A stretch of 63,950 nucleotides of DNA, counting the filler, from Octopus bimaculoides (Eukaryota): NCBI RefSeq assembly GCF_001194135.2. It is 5 parts of 5 records of this genome, joined end to end, with 100 filler letters (N's around TTAATTAATTAA, not from the genome) between each part and the next. Parts side by side here need not be neighbours in the genome. Positions count along the whole stretch, not along the records: positions 1 to 22,361 come from NC_068989.1; 4 more parts are not named here. One strand, given 5' to 3'. The translations under genes were made by a program, and so were the position numbers. Positions 1-15,212 of this stretch are shown here, piece by piece. Numbering within the stretch: position 1 is the first letter of the stretch; every line of letters begins with the position of its first letter. The notes below the pieces were generated by a model. That model was given only the letters and a program-made list of their open reading frames with translations. It was not told the origin of the DNA and searched no databases.

Positions 1-35
<35 letters not shown>

Positions 36-49
36 TATGCATGTACTTA

Positions 50-300
50 AGACTTAGCGCTGTTGGAAGGGTTCCCAACACATGGGCAAAGAAGGGTTAG
101 ACGTGTGCAGTGTTTTCAAAGGGCTGGCATGTGTAACCTGATCATCTCTGCCGATCAAACTCCCAACCCATGCGCTCCCGTCGCGACACTGATTCTGCCC
201 AAATTTGACGTCGATGTTACTTAGTTTGGTTTGTAATGAAGAACTCAATTAGTTTAATAATTCTAACTTAATCCCGGGCAAAGCCGGGCTATACTGCTAG
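50..300 (+). mobile_element. Non-autonomous Helitron 3' end
   Basis: GC hairpin cccgggcaaagccggg (273-288) followed 8 nt later by CTAG (297-300) then T; left boundary approximate. Confidence 0.6.
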
Positions 301-479
301 TGTATATATATACATATATTGGACACGTATCAGTGAAGAGGAAATTAAATATAGGGGAAAGGGGGAGAAGCAGTAAGGGGAAACTAAGAGGAGAAACTAT
401 AAAAGAAGAGTGAAAAATCAAAGCAGACAACAGAAGAAGAGAACGAAAGGAAAAGGAATGAGAGAGGAGGGGGAGGGAA

Positions 480-770
480 ATAAGAAAAGGAAATCAGGAA
501 TGGAGAAGGAGGAGAAATGAGGAGGAAGGGGAGGAGGAAGAAGGAGGAGAAGAATATGAAGGGGAATTAGTTATATTGATAGTAGTAGTAGTAGTAGGAG
601 GAGGAGGAGGAGAAGGAGGAGCAGGAGGGGGAGGGGGAGAAGAAGAAGAAGCAGAAGAAGAAGAAGAAGAAGAAGACGAAGAAGAAGAAGAAGAAGAAGA
701 AGAAGAAAAAGAAGGAGAAGAAGAAGAAAAAGAAGTAAAAGAAGAAGAAGAAGAAGAAATGGGTAAGTGA
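480..770. repeat. Purine-rich (GAA/GAG/GGA)n low-complexity tract
   Basis: Direct inspection; explains the poly-E/S/F/L pseudo-ORFs. Confidence 0.9.
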
Positions 771-2746
771 AGGGGAGCAAGGTCTTGTATTCTGCAAGTA
801 TTTATATGATNNNNNNNNNNNNNNNNNNNNNNNNNNNNNNNNNNNNNNNNNNNNNNNNNNNNNNNNNNNNNNNNNNNNNNNNNNNNNNNNNNNNNNNNNN
901 NNNNNNNNNNNNNNNNNNNNNNNNNNNNNNNNNNNNNNNNNNNNNNNNNNNNNNNNNNNNNNNNNNNNNNNNNNNNNNNNNNNNNNNNNNNNNNNNNNNT
1001 ATATATATATATATATATATATATACACAATTATATATAATTACGTAAATATAATTATAATAATAAGTGCACTAATGAATAGCACCACATGCTAGAAATA
1101 GAAGCCAGATGACTCTAAGAACTACAATTACTTTCTTCATTAGCACGGATTGAAATCGAGGAAAGTGAATAGATAAGATTTCTTAAAACAGATTTAACTA
1201 TAGATTGAATTTTGGTTTAGACATTTAAAATCTGCGTTCATCTCAACTACATTACAACAATTCTTCAGCCAAATTAAGTGTATTATATTCCATTTTCCCA
1301 TTTACTCTTGCAATACTAGTATGGTGTGTAACAACGGGTTTACCTGAAAAAAACATAATTTTCATTTATGTTGTTAGTTACTTTAGCAAAGTTAGAAACG
1401 TTTAGGGAACACAGAATTGAGATATGCGTAGTAAAATTTCCCTTGCAATTATAATGGCCAGAAAAGACTTTTTCATATAGATTTGCTAATAACAATTTGT
1501 GAGTTCTATCATTTTACATTCGTTATCCCAAATTAGGCAAACATTTGGCTAGGGCTCATCTATTAATGGAAGCAATGAAGACGTTAGCATGTATTATCAA
1601 TTTGAAGAATGTGCGTTGACAACGTGAATGTATCCATATATACTATACACATACATTCTTACATACTTACATACATACATACATACGTACATACAAACAA
1701 ACATATATGTATATACATACATAATTTATAAATATAATATATAAATATAAGATATATATATATATATACATTCCATTAATGTATTAGAAACTTTTATGGT
1801 TAAATTATATTTTTATTTCTATATATGACATTTCGATTATAACATTGTAAATCTAGGCCCTCACATTTCCTATCGTTGTTCATCAATTCCGTTCTTTTAG
1901 CGACGATTTTAATATTGTATTTGACATCAATCTTCATTATCGTATTTCCCACCACCTCTAACACTCTGTCATTTAGAAGTGACGCTTTATGCAAGGCTGA
2001 CATTTCTTAACGTATTCAACGATTTAATGTAAAACTGACAAAACTTGATTATAATTATTTTCAGAATTTACCTTTCTACAATTCGGAAAACATACATAAA
2101 ACATTGCTTTTAAGAAAAAGAAACAAAAATATTCGTGATCTTCATTTATTCCATTAAGTCTGATTTCTAAAAGCGATACATTCCCATCACGTGTGAAAAA
2201 TCTGTTTTCTAAATATTTATTACGTGTGCCGGTGCATCGGTGCATGTTAAATACAGCGGCATACCTTAGAACTACCACGGCATACTTTAGAATTTTAAAG
2301 AATAATCAAAAATATAGTATGAAAATTGTACCTATTAGACTAATGAAAATGAGGTTTTTCAAATCATTAATTAATTTAGGGTTGCTAGAATTTTAGAATT
2401 TATTAATATTAAAAAGAGAATAATTATATCTAATTATATAAGGAATTTAAATAACATACCTGTATTTGAGCATTTTTATATAAGCCCTACAATAATTATT
2501 ACTTCTAAATTAGTCACATATTAATATACCGATTCAATAACGTCATTAGTTTTTCGTGAATATCAACTTCAATTGTATACTAAGAAACGCACATTTGCAA
2601 ATGGGTATAAATATGTATAAATCTATACGTATCTACCTATCTATCTATTTATCTATCTATCTTTCTATCTATTTATCTTCCATCGGTCTGTTTCTGTATC
2701 ACCTTTATATCACTCCCAGTATATATATATATTTATACACACACGC

Positions 2747-2812
<66 letters not shown>

Positions 2813-3647
2813 ACACGTATATATATATAAACGCACGTATTGAAAGATTGGGAGAAAGATGAAGAATACCCATTTGTTTTACACCTTTGTGACGAATCAC
2901 ACGCAACTGTTTGGGATATATGTTTATATCATTTCTAATGAGTATTCATAGAATACAGGGAATACTACTTAACTTGTTTTCGTTAATAATTTGAAATAAT
3001 TTAATCATAGTAACATGCAAATCATCACATGTTTCTTTACGTACGTAGGGCTACTGAAAGGTTCCTTGCTTGAGTTAAAAGAAAATACAGGACGATCAGA
3101 TAATTATTTTATTTCATATATCTCCATCTCAAATGCATTCGCTTCTTACAGCGGGCCTTTAGGTTTTCTAAGCCCTGTAAAAGAGCTCGGAAGAGTGTGC
3201 CTCCAGTAATGCCTTTAATGATAGCTTTAGAGTCAGGAACATTTCGGCACCACTTCATTTAAGGGAATTGCAAGGCAAAAATATTTTATTAAAGAAAAAC
3301 GTGGTCATGTTTCATGTGAAACTTGAAATATCACAGTTTTATTTCAGCTATATATACTTCTACATACCATCGATGTTGCCGATGCAGGTTTCAAGCAGCT
3401 GGAATATATGTTATATTTCACTCACGAATTATTATTTACAGATATTGACTTTTCGATAGATATTAAAATATGTCTTCAGTTTAACGATGTCGTCTAGACA
3501 TTATCCACAGGCAAATTATAAACATAGATATACAGACAGACGCACAAAATAAACCCGCAGATACACACATATGTCAGTTGTCTGTCAGTCTGTCTATCCG
3601 TCTGTCTCTTTCTCTCTCTCCCTCTCTCTCCCTCTCCCTCTCTCTCA

Positions 3648-3696
<49 letters not shown>

Positions 3697-3805
3697 NNNN
3701 NNNNNNNNNNNNNNNNNNNNNNNNNNNNNNNNNNNNNNNNNNNNNNNNNNNNNNNNNNNNNNNNNNNNNNNNNNNNNNNNNNNNNNNNNNNNNNNNNATA
3801 TATAC

Positions 3806-3859
<54 letters not shown>

Positions 3860-4399
3860 GTGTGTATGTGTATGTGTGTGTGTATACATATACTTAAAAC
3901 TCAAGTTTGATATTAGTGTGTAAGTAGAGAGAGACAAATATACAGAAAATTGATACCTCTCTAATCAAATCAGAGAATTGCACAGTGGATGTATTGTGTA
4001 CACACGCAAAGTAGCGTATGCTATCTTTTCGTTTTCTGTCACTATCTCTTTCTTTTCTCCACATACATTTTAGTGGATAAATACAAAGCTCTGTTAGTAG
4101 TTATGTTTCATCTAAAATAGCTGTAAAGATAAGTCGCTTGAATCTAAATACATTCTACCTTCATTTCTTTATCTCCATTTTGTCTTCCAAACTCGCTCTA
4201 CAAACATTATTCTTATAACCGCCCCTCCCATACAACACATTTTGACTTTTAGATTTAATTTATTTGTCAATTAATGGCGCGTATAGAACGCTTGCTTTAG
4301 CGTTCTCCAATTCACTCTAACACTGTCTGTCTGTTCCTGTTTCTCTCTCTTTCTCTCTCTTTCTCTCTCTCTCTCTCTTTCTTTCTCTCTCTCTCTCTT

Positions 4400-4433
<34 letters not shown>

Positions 4434-5329
4434 TCTCTTCCCTCTCTCGCGTTCACTCTGTTTCTCTACCCTTTTCCCCCACTCTCTCTCTTACACATGC
4501 ATATATAAGATCTCTGTTTCGTCAGATTTCGCCGAGCCTTCTAAGAAATACCAACAATATGGCCGGATATTTATGACGAGGAAGATACATACACGATGAT
4601 AATACATCCGATATATGGTAATGAATTAAATAACAGAAAAAGCGAAAATCATTGAAAAATAATGGCAAAAAATGAATAACAAGCCAGTGGAGAACTCATA
4701 AAAATAATACTTAATTGAAGTTGACATTACAAGATGAATCAATATTGTTTGTATCAGATGATATGCACATTAAACATACAGTAAAAATAAGTTCTAGATT
4801 AGTCAGGAGCAAACTGCTGAACATTTTCAAAGACTTGCCAAACGCGAATTTTAAAAGGCGCACTTCACCAGAATTCGAACCATATCCCATGCAGGTCACT
4901 TCTTCAAAAAATTTACACCTGCCGTTTCTATTTTTTTAATATTCAACTGTTTATAACCTTGTTAAAGATGTGTAAGCTGACTATAGACCAATACTTTTAC
5001 AAATTCTTCTCCTTACACACACAGACACACAAACACATACACACACACACATATATCCATAAGGACTAAAACTTGTAAAAGAATTGGTATATATATATAT
5101 ATATATATATATAAACACTTATGAGGTTTGCTCAATAAGTATACGGACTGTTGCCATAGTAACGACGCTGAAGTATGCAGAGTGAAGCCGCATGACAAAG
5201 ATTGACATTGAACTCTGCTATGCATAAGCTCTAAGTTTTAACTTTTTAGCTCACTTCCCCTGCTTACAGCAGTACTTGGATGGAAGAGCTGTAGCATGTG
5301 AGCGTCGCATTGACCATGACAGAGAAAGT

Positions 5330-5520
5330 TGTCATGGCGATACCTGCTCAGAGGCCTACGTAAGGCTGCAGAAAGTCTATGGAGAGGAGTGTATGATCTG
5401 CACACAAGTGTCCGAATGGTTCTGATGTGTCCAAGCTGGCCGACATAATGTCGATATTGACGAATGGCCCGGGAGACACGCAACCAGCAGAACTGCGAAA
5501 AACATTGGAGATTTCAATAC
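5330..5520 (+). mobile_element. Mariner transposase N-terminal remnant
   Basis: Translates as SEAYVRLQKVYGEECMICTQVSEWF*, resembling mariner HTH LxKxYGEExLSRxxVFEWF. Confidence 0.55.
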
Positions 5521-5774
5521 CTTGTGAGTAAATTCCAATAGTATCTAAAATTGCTCATTCCAAGTATAGAGTTTGTACACAGTGCTCTTGAATCGAGGGT
5601 TTTATTTAAAGTATTGGAATGACAAATTTTAATTGCTATTGGAATTTACTAACAAAGAATTGGAATCTTATATGTATACCATTCTGCCTAAATAATGGAT
5701 CTATAGATGCAATATCCCTGCATATCTTACATATATTTTCATTCCTCCACTTCACTTTCCATTTCCTATCTTAT

Positions 5775-6056
5775 CTAAATTAACTATTGCTTAACTATTT
5801 TCACACCCACCCTGCTGAAGGGATATAATAAATACCTTGGAAAAGCTGTAAGACCTTCTATCTATAGATGTTCTAAAATCTTCACAGCCTTAGTTTTTTT
5901 TATCTCATTCTGAAAAAAAAATATTATATATACACATGCTGATATACGACCTATGGTGGACTCCTTATTTGCATAATCACCGAACCTAGAGCTTAACTAT
6001 CCATAGCACTTACTCAGCATTACCTGACACCTTTGGGTCTTATTGACAGCATTACC
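5775..6056 (+). repeat. ~290-bp dispersed repeat, copy 1, with degenerate hammerhead core (CTGCTGA...GAAAAGCTGTA at 5812-5850)
   Basis: Collinear with 15685-15967. Confidence 0.8.
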
Positions 6057-6103
6057 TCTCATAACCTCCCTCTCACACACACACACTCTCTCTCTCTCTC
6101 TCT

Positions 6104-6139
<36 letters not shown>

Positions 6140-6144
<5 letters not shown>

Positions 6145-7240
6145 GCTGAGTATATATCTAAGGAACGTTTTGAAACATGAAATTCATCACAAAATATTTC
6201 AACAATCCGGAAATTTTATGCACCAAAGTATCATTAAAATCAACACATTTTTGTCAATGGGTTACAAATCTTTTTATTCCGGTAACATAAGAATCTGCAG
6301 TTCTGGAGTTGATGAACTCTTTGAACGCACTTTTAGCATCGGTTTGGTCTTTGAACTCCTTCTCTCGCAGGATACCAACAACGTGCTTGAAAAAGTAGTT
6401 GTCAATAGGAGAAAGGTCTGGGGAACAAGCTGGGCGGGAAAGAACTTCATAGCCAAATTCCCTCAACTTCTGGAGTGTCATTAGTGAAAATTGTGGTTGA
6501 GCATTTTCATGAATAATGATTGGCCCTCTTCTGTTGACCAGTCTGGGGCGGAAGAGTAAGAGCTTTTCGTTCACTTTAGCAATTCCATGGCAACATATTT
6601 CTTCAGTAATAGCTTTTACGGGGTTTTAAGAAGTTATAGTGGATGAGTCCAATACTACACCACCAAACAGTTACTATAACCATCTTTTTGAAGAGCTCCG
6701 ATTTAGGGTATGTTTTCGGTGCTTCATTTTGGTCCAACCACAGTGAAGAACATTTTTCTACTGTACAAGAATCCACTATACTACGGTCGAGAAATAGTTT
6801 GATGACAGTCGGGCGTCCACTACGCTCACGATCTTCAAAGCTCAAGTCTCCAATGCGAAATATGTTAGACCATTTCTGAGCTGACCGCTCACGGGTCATT
6901 TTCTCACCAAACATTTCTTTGGTAGCGTGAGAAGTTTCAGCTGATTTACGTCCATTTTTGAAGTTGAACAGCAAAATTGCTCGAATATCGCGCTTTGACA
7001 TTCCATTTCAGATGATTGTTACAATGGTAAAAATATATCAATGCCAATGTTAATTTAATTAATTTTAATAATGTTAATTGATTAATTAATTTAATCAATG
7101 TTAATTTAATTAATGTTAATTAATTAAGTCTGTGTTCGTATTCTAAGACAATTTCAAAAAATGTTTTAAACAAATTCAAAACTCTGCGAAAATGCGGTAC
7201 AAATTCTTCATGGTTCAAAACGTTGCTTACTCCACCTGAT
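6140..7240 (-). mobile_element. Near full-length defective mariner (D34D) DNA transposon
   Basis: MSKRDIRAILLFNFKNGRKSAE, WW, HENAQP and SPDLSPIDNYFF motifs with frameshifts; degenerate TIRs (tcagg..gagta...aacgttttgaa.catgaa) in TA context. Confidence 0.9.
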
Positions 7241-7384
7241 ATATACACATAGATGACAGAAGTAAATAGACAAAATATAAACCATCGTTTTATGTTTATT
7301 GTAACTTTTAATGGTTTGTATTTTTTTTATTAATTGACATTTTCATGGTTCAGGTTTTATACGTGACTGTTTAATCAGGCCAGG

Positions 7385-8225
7385 TACACAAGAAGTCTTG
7401 GAACTGTCTGAATTGCAAAGAGGCCGTATTGTGGGTTAATTTGAAGGTGGACGCAATGAGCATGAAATCACAGAAAACCTTGGGATCCGAGGTTCTACAG
7501 TTAATTCGGTGATTGTGCAAGTCACCAGAGAGGGAAAGAAGTCCATATCAACCCTGGCGGGACACTTCCCTTTGTTAAAGAAGTGTGTAGGATAATCCTC
7601 ATTGCAAGGTCTCTGGCATAGAAGAACAAGTTGATATCAGTCCCAGAACAGCTGTCATGTATCTCAAATTTGGTTACTATGGTAGAGCAGCAAGAAGGAA
7701 GCCAGTTCTTCGACCAGCCACCATTAACCGGAGAAATGATTGAGCCAGTGAGATGGTAGAAAGGCTACTTAGCATTTTGGAACACTGTCATATTCTCTGA
7801 TGAGTCCAGGTTTGCTGTACTTCCTGACGGTGGTTCGAGTGTGAATCAGAAGACGCTGTGATCAAAAATTTGATGCGAAAAAATTGCAGCCAACAATGAA
7901 ACATGGCAGCTATTCTGCGATGTTCTGGGTGCAATTTGGAGCAATGGTTGATCAGATCTGATGGTGTGTGAGGGAAACATAAACTCATATAAATATGTGT
8001 CCATATACTGGAAAAGACTCCTTTCAATCTTCTCCAGTGGTGAAATGATTTGATAAAACTCTTTAATTATTGGAGACGGGGCTCCTTGTCACATGGCTAA
8101 AATGACTCAAGATTTTTTGGAAACGAATGGCATTACAAAGCTTCCATGGCCAAGCAAGATACCAAATTCGAACCCTATTGAACAAATCTGGGAACTAATG
8201 AGTTTCACAATGACCTGGAACCCAC
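7385..8225 (+). mobile_element. Tc1-like (DD34E) transposase remnant
   Basis: ELSELQRGRIVG, WNTVIFSDESRF, DGAPCH and PWPSKIPNSNPIEQIW motifs with stops and frameshifts. Confidence 0.85.
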
Positions 8226-8519
8226 AAGAGTATACAAGAGAGACAGAGACAGGCAGAGCAAGGAAAATGCCCCTTGTATTTGAATACTATGCAAATATTC
8301 TTTTAAAAACTTTTCTTTTAATTTTTCCAACATTTAATTGTTTTCCATACTTACAGTTGAAAAAGTCTCAATGACTGAAATGTTTTTTTATGAAATTATT
8401 TTAGTATTTTCTACCTTGACCTTTTTCCATATATATATCAATGAAATTATAACTTTGTTTGATGTTCATCTTTTATTATTTCCAAGCTTTACAATTTTAC
8501 AGAAATGAAATAAATTAAT

Positions 8520-8645
8520 TCATCATTCGGGTTCGATAAATTAAGTACCAGTCAAGTACTGGGGTCAATGTGATCAAGTGTCCCCCTCCCCACAAAAACC
8601 GAGGCCTTGCGCTTATAACAGAAAGGATTATTATTATCATCATCA
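8520..8645 (+). mobile_element. tRNA-derived SINE family A, 3' fragment
   Basis: tcgataaattaagtaccag...tactggggtcaatgtgatc...aaaggattattatt shared with other copies. Confidence 0.65.
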
Positions 8646-11517
8646 TTGTAATTATCACCGTTAATATACGTGTTCTTATTATTGCCCATTAAAAACAAGT
8701 TTGAATTTATCTGTAAAATTCTGTTCTCTNNNNNNNNNNNNNNNNNNNNNNNNNNNNNNNNNNNNNNNNNNNNNNNNNNNNNNNNNNNNNNNNNNNNNNN
8801 NNNNNNNNNNNNNNNNNNNNNNNNNNNNNNNNNNNNNNNNNNNNNNNNNNNNNNNNNNNNNNNNNNNNNNNNNNNNNNNNNNNNNNNNNNNNNNNNNNNN
8901 NNNNNNNNNNNNNNNNNNNNNNNNNNNNNNNNNNNNNNNNNNNNNNNNNNNNNNNNNNNNNNNNNNNNNNNNNNNNNNNNNNNNNNNNNNNNNNNNNNNN
9001 NNNNNNNNNNNNNNNNNNNNNNNNNNNNNNNNNNNNNNNNNNNNNNNNNNNNNNNNNNNNNNNNNNNNNNNNNNNNNNNNNNNNNNNNNNNNNNNNNNNN
9101 NNNNNNNNNNNNNNNNNNNNNNNNNNNNNNNNNNNNNNNNNNNNNNNNNNNNNNNNNNNNNNNNNNNNNNNNNNNNNNNNNNNNNNNNNNNNNNNNNNNN
9201 NNNNNNNNNNNNNNNNNNNNNNNNNNNNNNNNNNNNNNNNNNNNNNNNNNNNNNNNNNNNNNNNNNNNNNNNNNNNNNNNNNNNNNNNNNNNNNNNNNNN
9301 NNNNNNNNNNNNNNNNNNNNNNNNNNNNNNNNNNNNNNNNNNNNNNNNNNNNNNNNNNNNNNNNNNNNNNNNNNNNNNNNNNNNNNNNNNNNNNNNNNNN
9401 NNNNNNNNNNNNNNNNNNNNNNNNNNNNNNNNNNNNNNNNNNNNNNNNNNNNNNNNNNNNNNNNNNNNNNNNNNNNNNNNNNNNNNNNNNNNNNNNNNNN
9501 NNNNNNNNNNNNNNNNNNNNNNNNNNNNNNNNNNNNNNNNNNNNNNNNNNNNNNNNNNNNNNNNNNNNNNNNNATATATATATATATATATATATATAGA
9601 TAGATAGATAGATAGATATAAATTTCCTCTCTATATTTCTATAACCATCACTCAAATGGAAAAGAAAAAATATCATTAATGGTGAGATTAAATTACATGT
9701 ATTTGATTGAACGGGTAATCGTCCGACCTGATGTAGGACATTTATCACAGGAAACGTTTTTATTGAGTAGGCCTGTTTAACAGAACGTTGTTGCATTAGA
9801 CTTCGATGTTATTGCACAAAAATATCCTTGTGCACTTACACAGACACTCGAAGGTGTATTCATTCCACATTGTGATTTATTATAGTTGCTTTGATACGAA
9901 ACAGATGTATGCCATCTGATTATTTCCTAGAAAAACGATAAACAAAACCAGAAGACGTATTACGGATATTACTAATTTTTGCTATATTTCATCTACACAT
10001 TCAACATATGAATACAATAATATTCAACTATAAACAAATATAGATACACACTCATACTCGCTAATATTTTAATCTATCCATAATTCCATAAGCAATGCAG
10101 GTCAGGCATAATCCGTTCAAGAAAGGTCTGATTCCTAAGTAATATTATGGTTTTACATATTTAATATGGAGTAATACATGTCATTGTGTAATATTGTAAA
10201 ATAAGAACTACTCATTATTAGTCAGATTTCAGTCAAATATTCAATTAAATATTTCATTGACATTTCAATTAAATACCAAGTAAAATCCATGCAAATAATC
10301 AGAGGCAAAGTTAGAATCTATTAGTAGACGAAAGATGAAATGCATTTTAGCGTAACGACTGTGCGCTTTGGAGAGAGTGTCGAATTAAAAATATACCAGC
10401 AATGGCAATTGACATTTTTCGGTCACTCTAATTTTCGTTTTGAGAGCTATTCTACAAGGGGCAAGTCAGAGGGACACCAGTATGCATATTGGTATTTACA
10501 GGTGCTCGGACTAAATTTCAGGAATTTATGTCTTCTTTTTTCTGGAACAGCATGATGTATTGGGGAACAGTCAACGGCGTTCCAGAACATAAATCTTAAA
10601 CATATAGTTGAGAAAAAAGTAGCTCACATGGAAGAGAAAAATTCATCTGAATGCTGAAAAAAAGGTTATCTGTATCATGATGGTCCGCGCCTGATATCAA
10701 TATGACAGAATCATGACGTCTAGTCAATAATCTATTAAGAATCTGAAGGCCTTAAACCATGATCTGCAAAACTGCAAGATGAGACAACGAAAACTTGACC
10801 AGCGTGAAGGCACTGACCATGCGTTCTGTCTGCGTCCATTCTCCCACATCTTTGAGAAGGGCTTTAAGATCAACTCAGAGGGGTATATGAAGCTTATGAA
10901 ATTACCGAATTTAACTGAGAGGATAATATGTTAAATCCTGCAGTTCTTTTCTCGCATTAACAGCTAATGTTGTTTTCGTTGAGCAACCGGTCAATTCTCA
11001 GGAAGAAAACCTATTCTAAAGGTGCTTCATCACATTTATTTAGGATTATAGTTTCCGAAGTATAAATATTCTCTTTTTCTTTCTTTCTTTTTTCAGTGGT
11101 AGTCTGTTGTTCGAAAACTTCAATTGTGCATGTTTCAGTATTGATATTTACCTGTGTGCACTCACGTATTGCTTCTGTATTCAGTGAATAAAATATTGTG
11201 GTAATACAATGTGAAATATTATTCGGCGTGCGAATTAAGATTATTTATCAAAGGCTCTTAGTGATTTGGATAGGCATCGCCTTGAAGGGTTTTAATTTAT
11301 ATTCATATCAATTCCACTAACAAAAATATGCGGTACTTATTTTATTTAATGGCTAAAATACGAGACGAACTTCCCACTTTTTTTTCTTTTTTAATGATTC
11401 CGAAGATATAAAATGTAACCCTCACCAAGATTTGAACTGAGAACATTGCTTTCTTTATTCCTGTTTCCATTTCTTACTTCATTTGTGAATGTAAATTGAC
11501 TTGAAATGCAAGGCGAA

Positions 11518-11727
11518 TTCTTTTCGACTCTAGGCACATGGTCTGAAATTTGGTGGGGAGGGGGTCAGTCGATTAAATTGACCCTAGTACGCAACTGGTG
11601 CTTAATTTACCGACCGTGAAAGGATGAAAGTCAAAGTCGACCTCGGCAGAATTTGAACTTAGAACGTAAAGACAGACGAAATACCACTAAGCATTTCGAC
11701 CACGTGCTAACGATTCTGCCAGCACTC
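11518..11727 (-). mobile_element. tRNA-derived SINE family A
   Basis: Reverse complement has gctggcagaatcgttagcac A-box head and gttcaaattctgccgaggtcgac B-box region; collinear with 47150-47360. Confidence 0.85.
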
Positions 11728-12079
11728 GGCGGAATTTAAGGGAAGTAAAATAATGTAAAATGGAAACCGTGTTATGGACTTCATTGACCTGGAAGCTCTT
11801 TTCTTGCCTTTATTATTTGCGTGCTGAGTGTCGGACAAAATTTAAGCTCTATTTTATAACCAGGAGCTGGAGGTGCCTTTAATTGCTTTATGCGAAAGAT
11901 CCATACGGTGAATTTCCATTTTCTTTTTCCCCACTTCGTGCTGAAACTCGAATATTTTAACGTTAAGGAAGCTATATCTCATATCTGGTAAAATATGAAT
12001 TTTCATGATGATGCATTTATTTGTTAGTTTGTGGGTGTGCGTGTATGAATGTGTGTGTGCATGTGTATGTGTGTGTGTT

Positions 12080-12134
<55 letters not shown>

Positions 12135-12376
12135 GTCTTCCTTCTACATTTTTATTTTGTGAAATACATTAGGAACTTAGATAACATTTAACTGTGAAGC
12201 ATACCTCGTATTTCAGAGAAACATGAAAACTCACCAATAAAAATTTACCCACAGCCTGCGTGATCAACTAAAAAGTTAATGTTGCTGAAGTTGCGTAGGA
12301 GGGTAGTAAAATTAGAAGATATTAATGAAATTTCGTGCAAAGTGGGGAGTGGAGTTTGTTGTTTTCCGAAGCATAA

Positions 12377-12407
<31 letters not shown>

Positions 12408-15212
12408 ATCTATATCTATATATATTTATATTAAAGGAAGGGGTAAATAAAGGCAATGCAGGAGAAGCTTATCAATACATTTAAATTATTCTAAAGGCGT
12501 ATCGAAGTAAGCGATGATAAATAATGTTGTCTTACAAATGTTTCTAGAATATCCCAGGCAATGGGTCAATGTGCTGATCCACTCTTCCATATACTGGATA
12601 TTCCATCATCGGAGACACAATATATGCAGGAAACGTTTATGCGGAAAAATAAAAACTGTGATGCAGAGAACTGTGTAGCAAGATAAGAAGTTCATCCTGT
12701 TCTGGAGAATCTGAGAGTTTATCAACGTTACCCTGAGGATGTACCTCCTTTCGTATATTCCTAGATAAGTGCATAGTTCAGAAAGCAAGTTAGGTAATGC
12801 GTCGGGTTGAGAAAAGGAAACTAGTAGTTTGATGGGAGAGTGCAAAGAGATCAGTATTAGATTACAATTTATGAGAAAGACAATTAGATACACAAAGACA
12901 TCATAATAAATAGGTATATCGGAGTCAACAACATGCGCCCACTTAAAAAGAAATAAAATTCCATATAGTATGACCTGGTCTATAATGGATTCTGGTGGCA
13001 CATACGAAGACCAGCGCTCTCATTGTAGACTTTGCCTAAGCAAAACCTGTAAATATTACTTGATGTTTCAGCGCAATTATTTAGTAGGTACCATGAATCT
13101 TTCTGTACTTAGAAATATAAATTCGGCCGTTCCTCCATGTTCTTCCACAACTCTAAATGTAGAAGAAATCAGCACACATGATATCTATATCATATGCTTC
13201 TACAGATTCACTATCATTGGAATGCATCAAATAATATTATATCTGTTTAGACATAAAATCTATAGGCTCATAGTCTCACCAAATTAAATTAAATCAAATT
13301 CTTTTATTTTATTGTTTTGCCCCTTTCCCACGTTTAAAATTTTTATATGTAGTGGGTCATAAATAAATAGCGTCAGGCTAGAGCAAACTTGAAATATGAT
13401 ATTCTTGTTGTGAGTGGTCAGTTTAGGCGAATTACAACTTAAGTATACGAACTTATCTATTATATTGGTACATACACTTATCTAGAGGATAAAAGGGTGA
13501 TGGAAGCGGAAAAGGTAATTAGAACATATNNNNNNNNNNNNNNNNNNNNNNNNNNNNNNNNNNNNNNNNNNNNNNNNNNNNNNNNNNNNNNNNNNNNNNN
13601 NNNNNNNNNNNNNNNNNNNNNNNNNNNNNNNNNNNNNNNNNNNNNNNNNNNNNNNNNNNNNNNNNNNNNNNNNNNNNNNNNNNNNNNNNNNNNNNNNNNN
13701 NNNNNNNNNNNNNNNNNNNNNNNNNNNNNNNNNNNNNNNNNNNNNNNNNNNNNNNNNNNNNNNNNNNNNNNNNNNNNNNNNNNNNNNNNNNNNNNNNNNN
13801 NNNNNNNNNNNNNNNNNNNNNNNNNNNNNNNNNNNNNNNNNNNNNNNNNNNNNNNNNNNNNNNNNNNNNNNNNNNNNNNNNNNNNNNNNNNNNNNNNNNN
13901 NNNNNNNNNNNNNNNNNNNNNNNNNNNNNNNNNNNNNNNNNNNNNNNNNNNNNNNNNNNNNNNNNNNNNNNNNNNNNNNNNNNNNNNNNNNNNNNNNNNN
14001 NNNNNNNNNNNNNNNNNNNNNNNNNNNNNNNNNNNNNNNNNNNNNNNNNNNNNNNNNNNNNNNNNNNNNNNNNNNNNNNNNNNNNNNNNNNNNNNNNNNN
14101 NNNNNNNNNNNNNNNNNNNNNNNNNNNNNNNNNNNNNNNNNNNNNNNNNNNNNNNNNNNNNNNNNNNNNNNNNNNNNNNNNNNNNNNNNNNNNNNNNNNN
14201 NNNNNNNNNNNNNNNNNNNNNNNNNNNNNNNNNNNNNNNNNNNNNATATATATATATATATATATATATATAAATTGAAAACGTAAAAATAAAAACAAAA
14301 CACAAAGGATTCTGCGGTACACGTGTTTCAAGCTTTATAGTTGTTGCATCATTATTGGTATATAATTGATAGTATAGAGCTATCTTCAGCCGTAAATGTA
14401 TTCTTTCCCAAGAATTATATCACAAACAAGAAATTTAAATAGGGAGAAACATGAGAGATAAAAGGTGACATTCTACTTGGTATTGTCCATTGTAATATAC
14501 CTCGTAGAATTTTCAATTTGATATATTTATATAAAAGTTCATCGGTACACCGGAATCTGTCCATATTGTGCCACAATTCAGTGTAGAATGAATGTTAAAT
14601 AAACAATACTAGCTTATATTAGTTAGAAGGAGAGCGTCAAAAGAGGGAAGAAGTTGGTGGTTAAAACAATATAAAATAAAATAAAAAATAAAATAATAAT
14701 ATAAAATAAAATAAGGAATATAAAATACTAAGAAGAAAGATACACAGATATTCATACAAAAATAAAAGAAGTCAAATCGGTGGGGAGGGTAATCTAAGAA
14801 ACAATAAGAGAAAATCTGGATAGTAAAGTAAGATACATCTAAGCTATTTAGACGGGTTGGAGAAGGGTGGCGAAGAAAAATCTAAAGGTAGAAAAAGACG
14901 ATAAATAAATATAGATACAGAGATCTTAAAGGTCGTAAAAGATAGAGATATATGAGCTGCGTCTGCCTAGACCAGTGGTGGGTCATAAATAAATAGCGTC
15001 AGGCTAGAGCAAACTTGAAATATGATATTCTTGTTGTGAGTGGTCAGTTTAGGCGAATTACAACTTAAGTATACGAACTNNNNNNNNNNAAAAAAAAAAC
15101 CCAAAAGAATGAATGATTACAAAATGTCAACAAGAAAACGGTTATAAAGTATATAGAAGAGGGAGAAAAAGGTAGAGTTGGACGTTAACATTTTTTCATC
15201 AAAATTTTCATC

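Noticed and set aside
13352-15079. Identical ~100-bp direct repeat at 13352-13453 and 14978-15079
   Set aside because: The second copy ends exactly at an N gap and the first lies just before another gap; most likely an assembly overlap, although a recent duplication is not excluded
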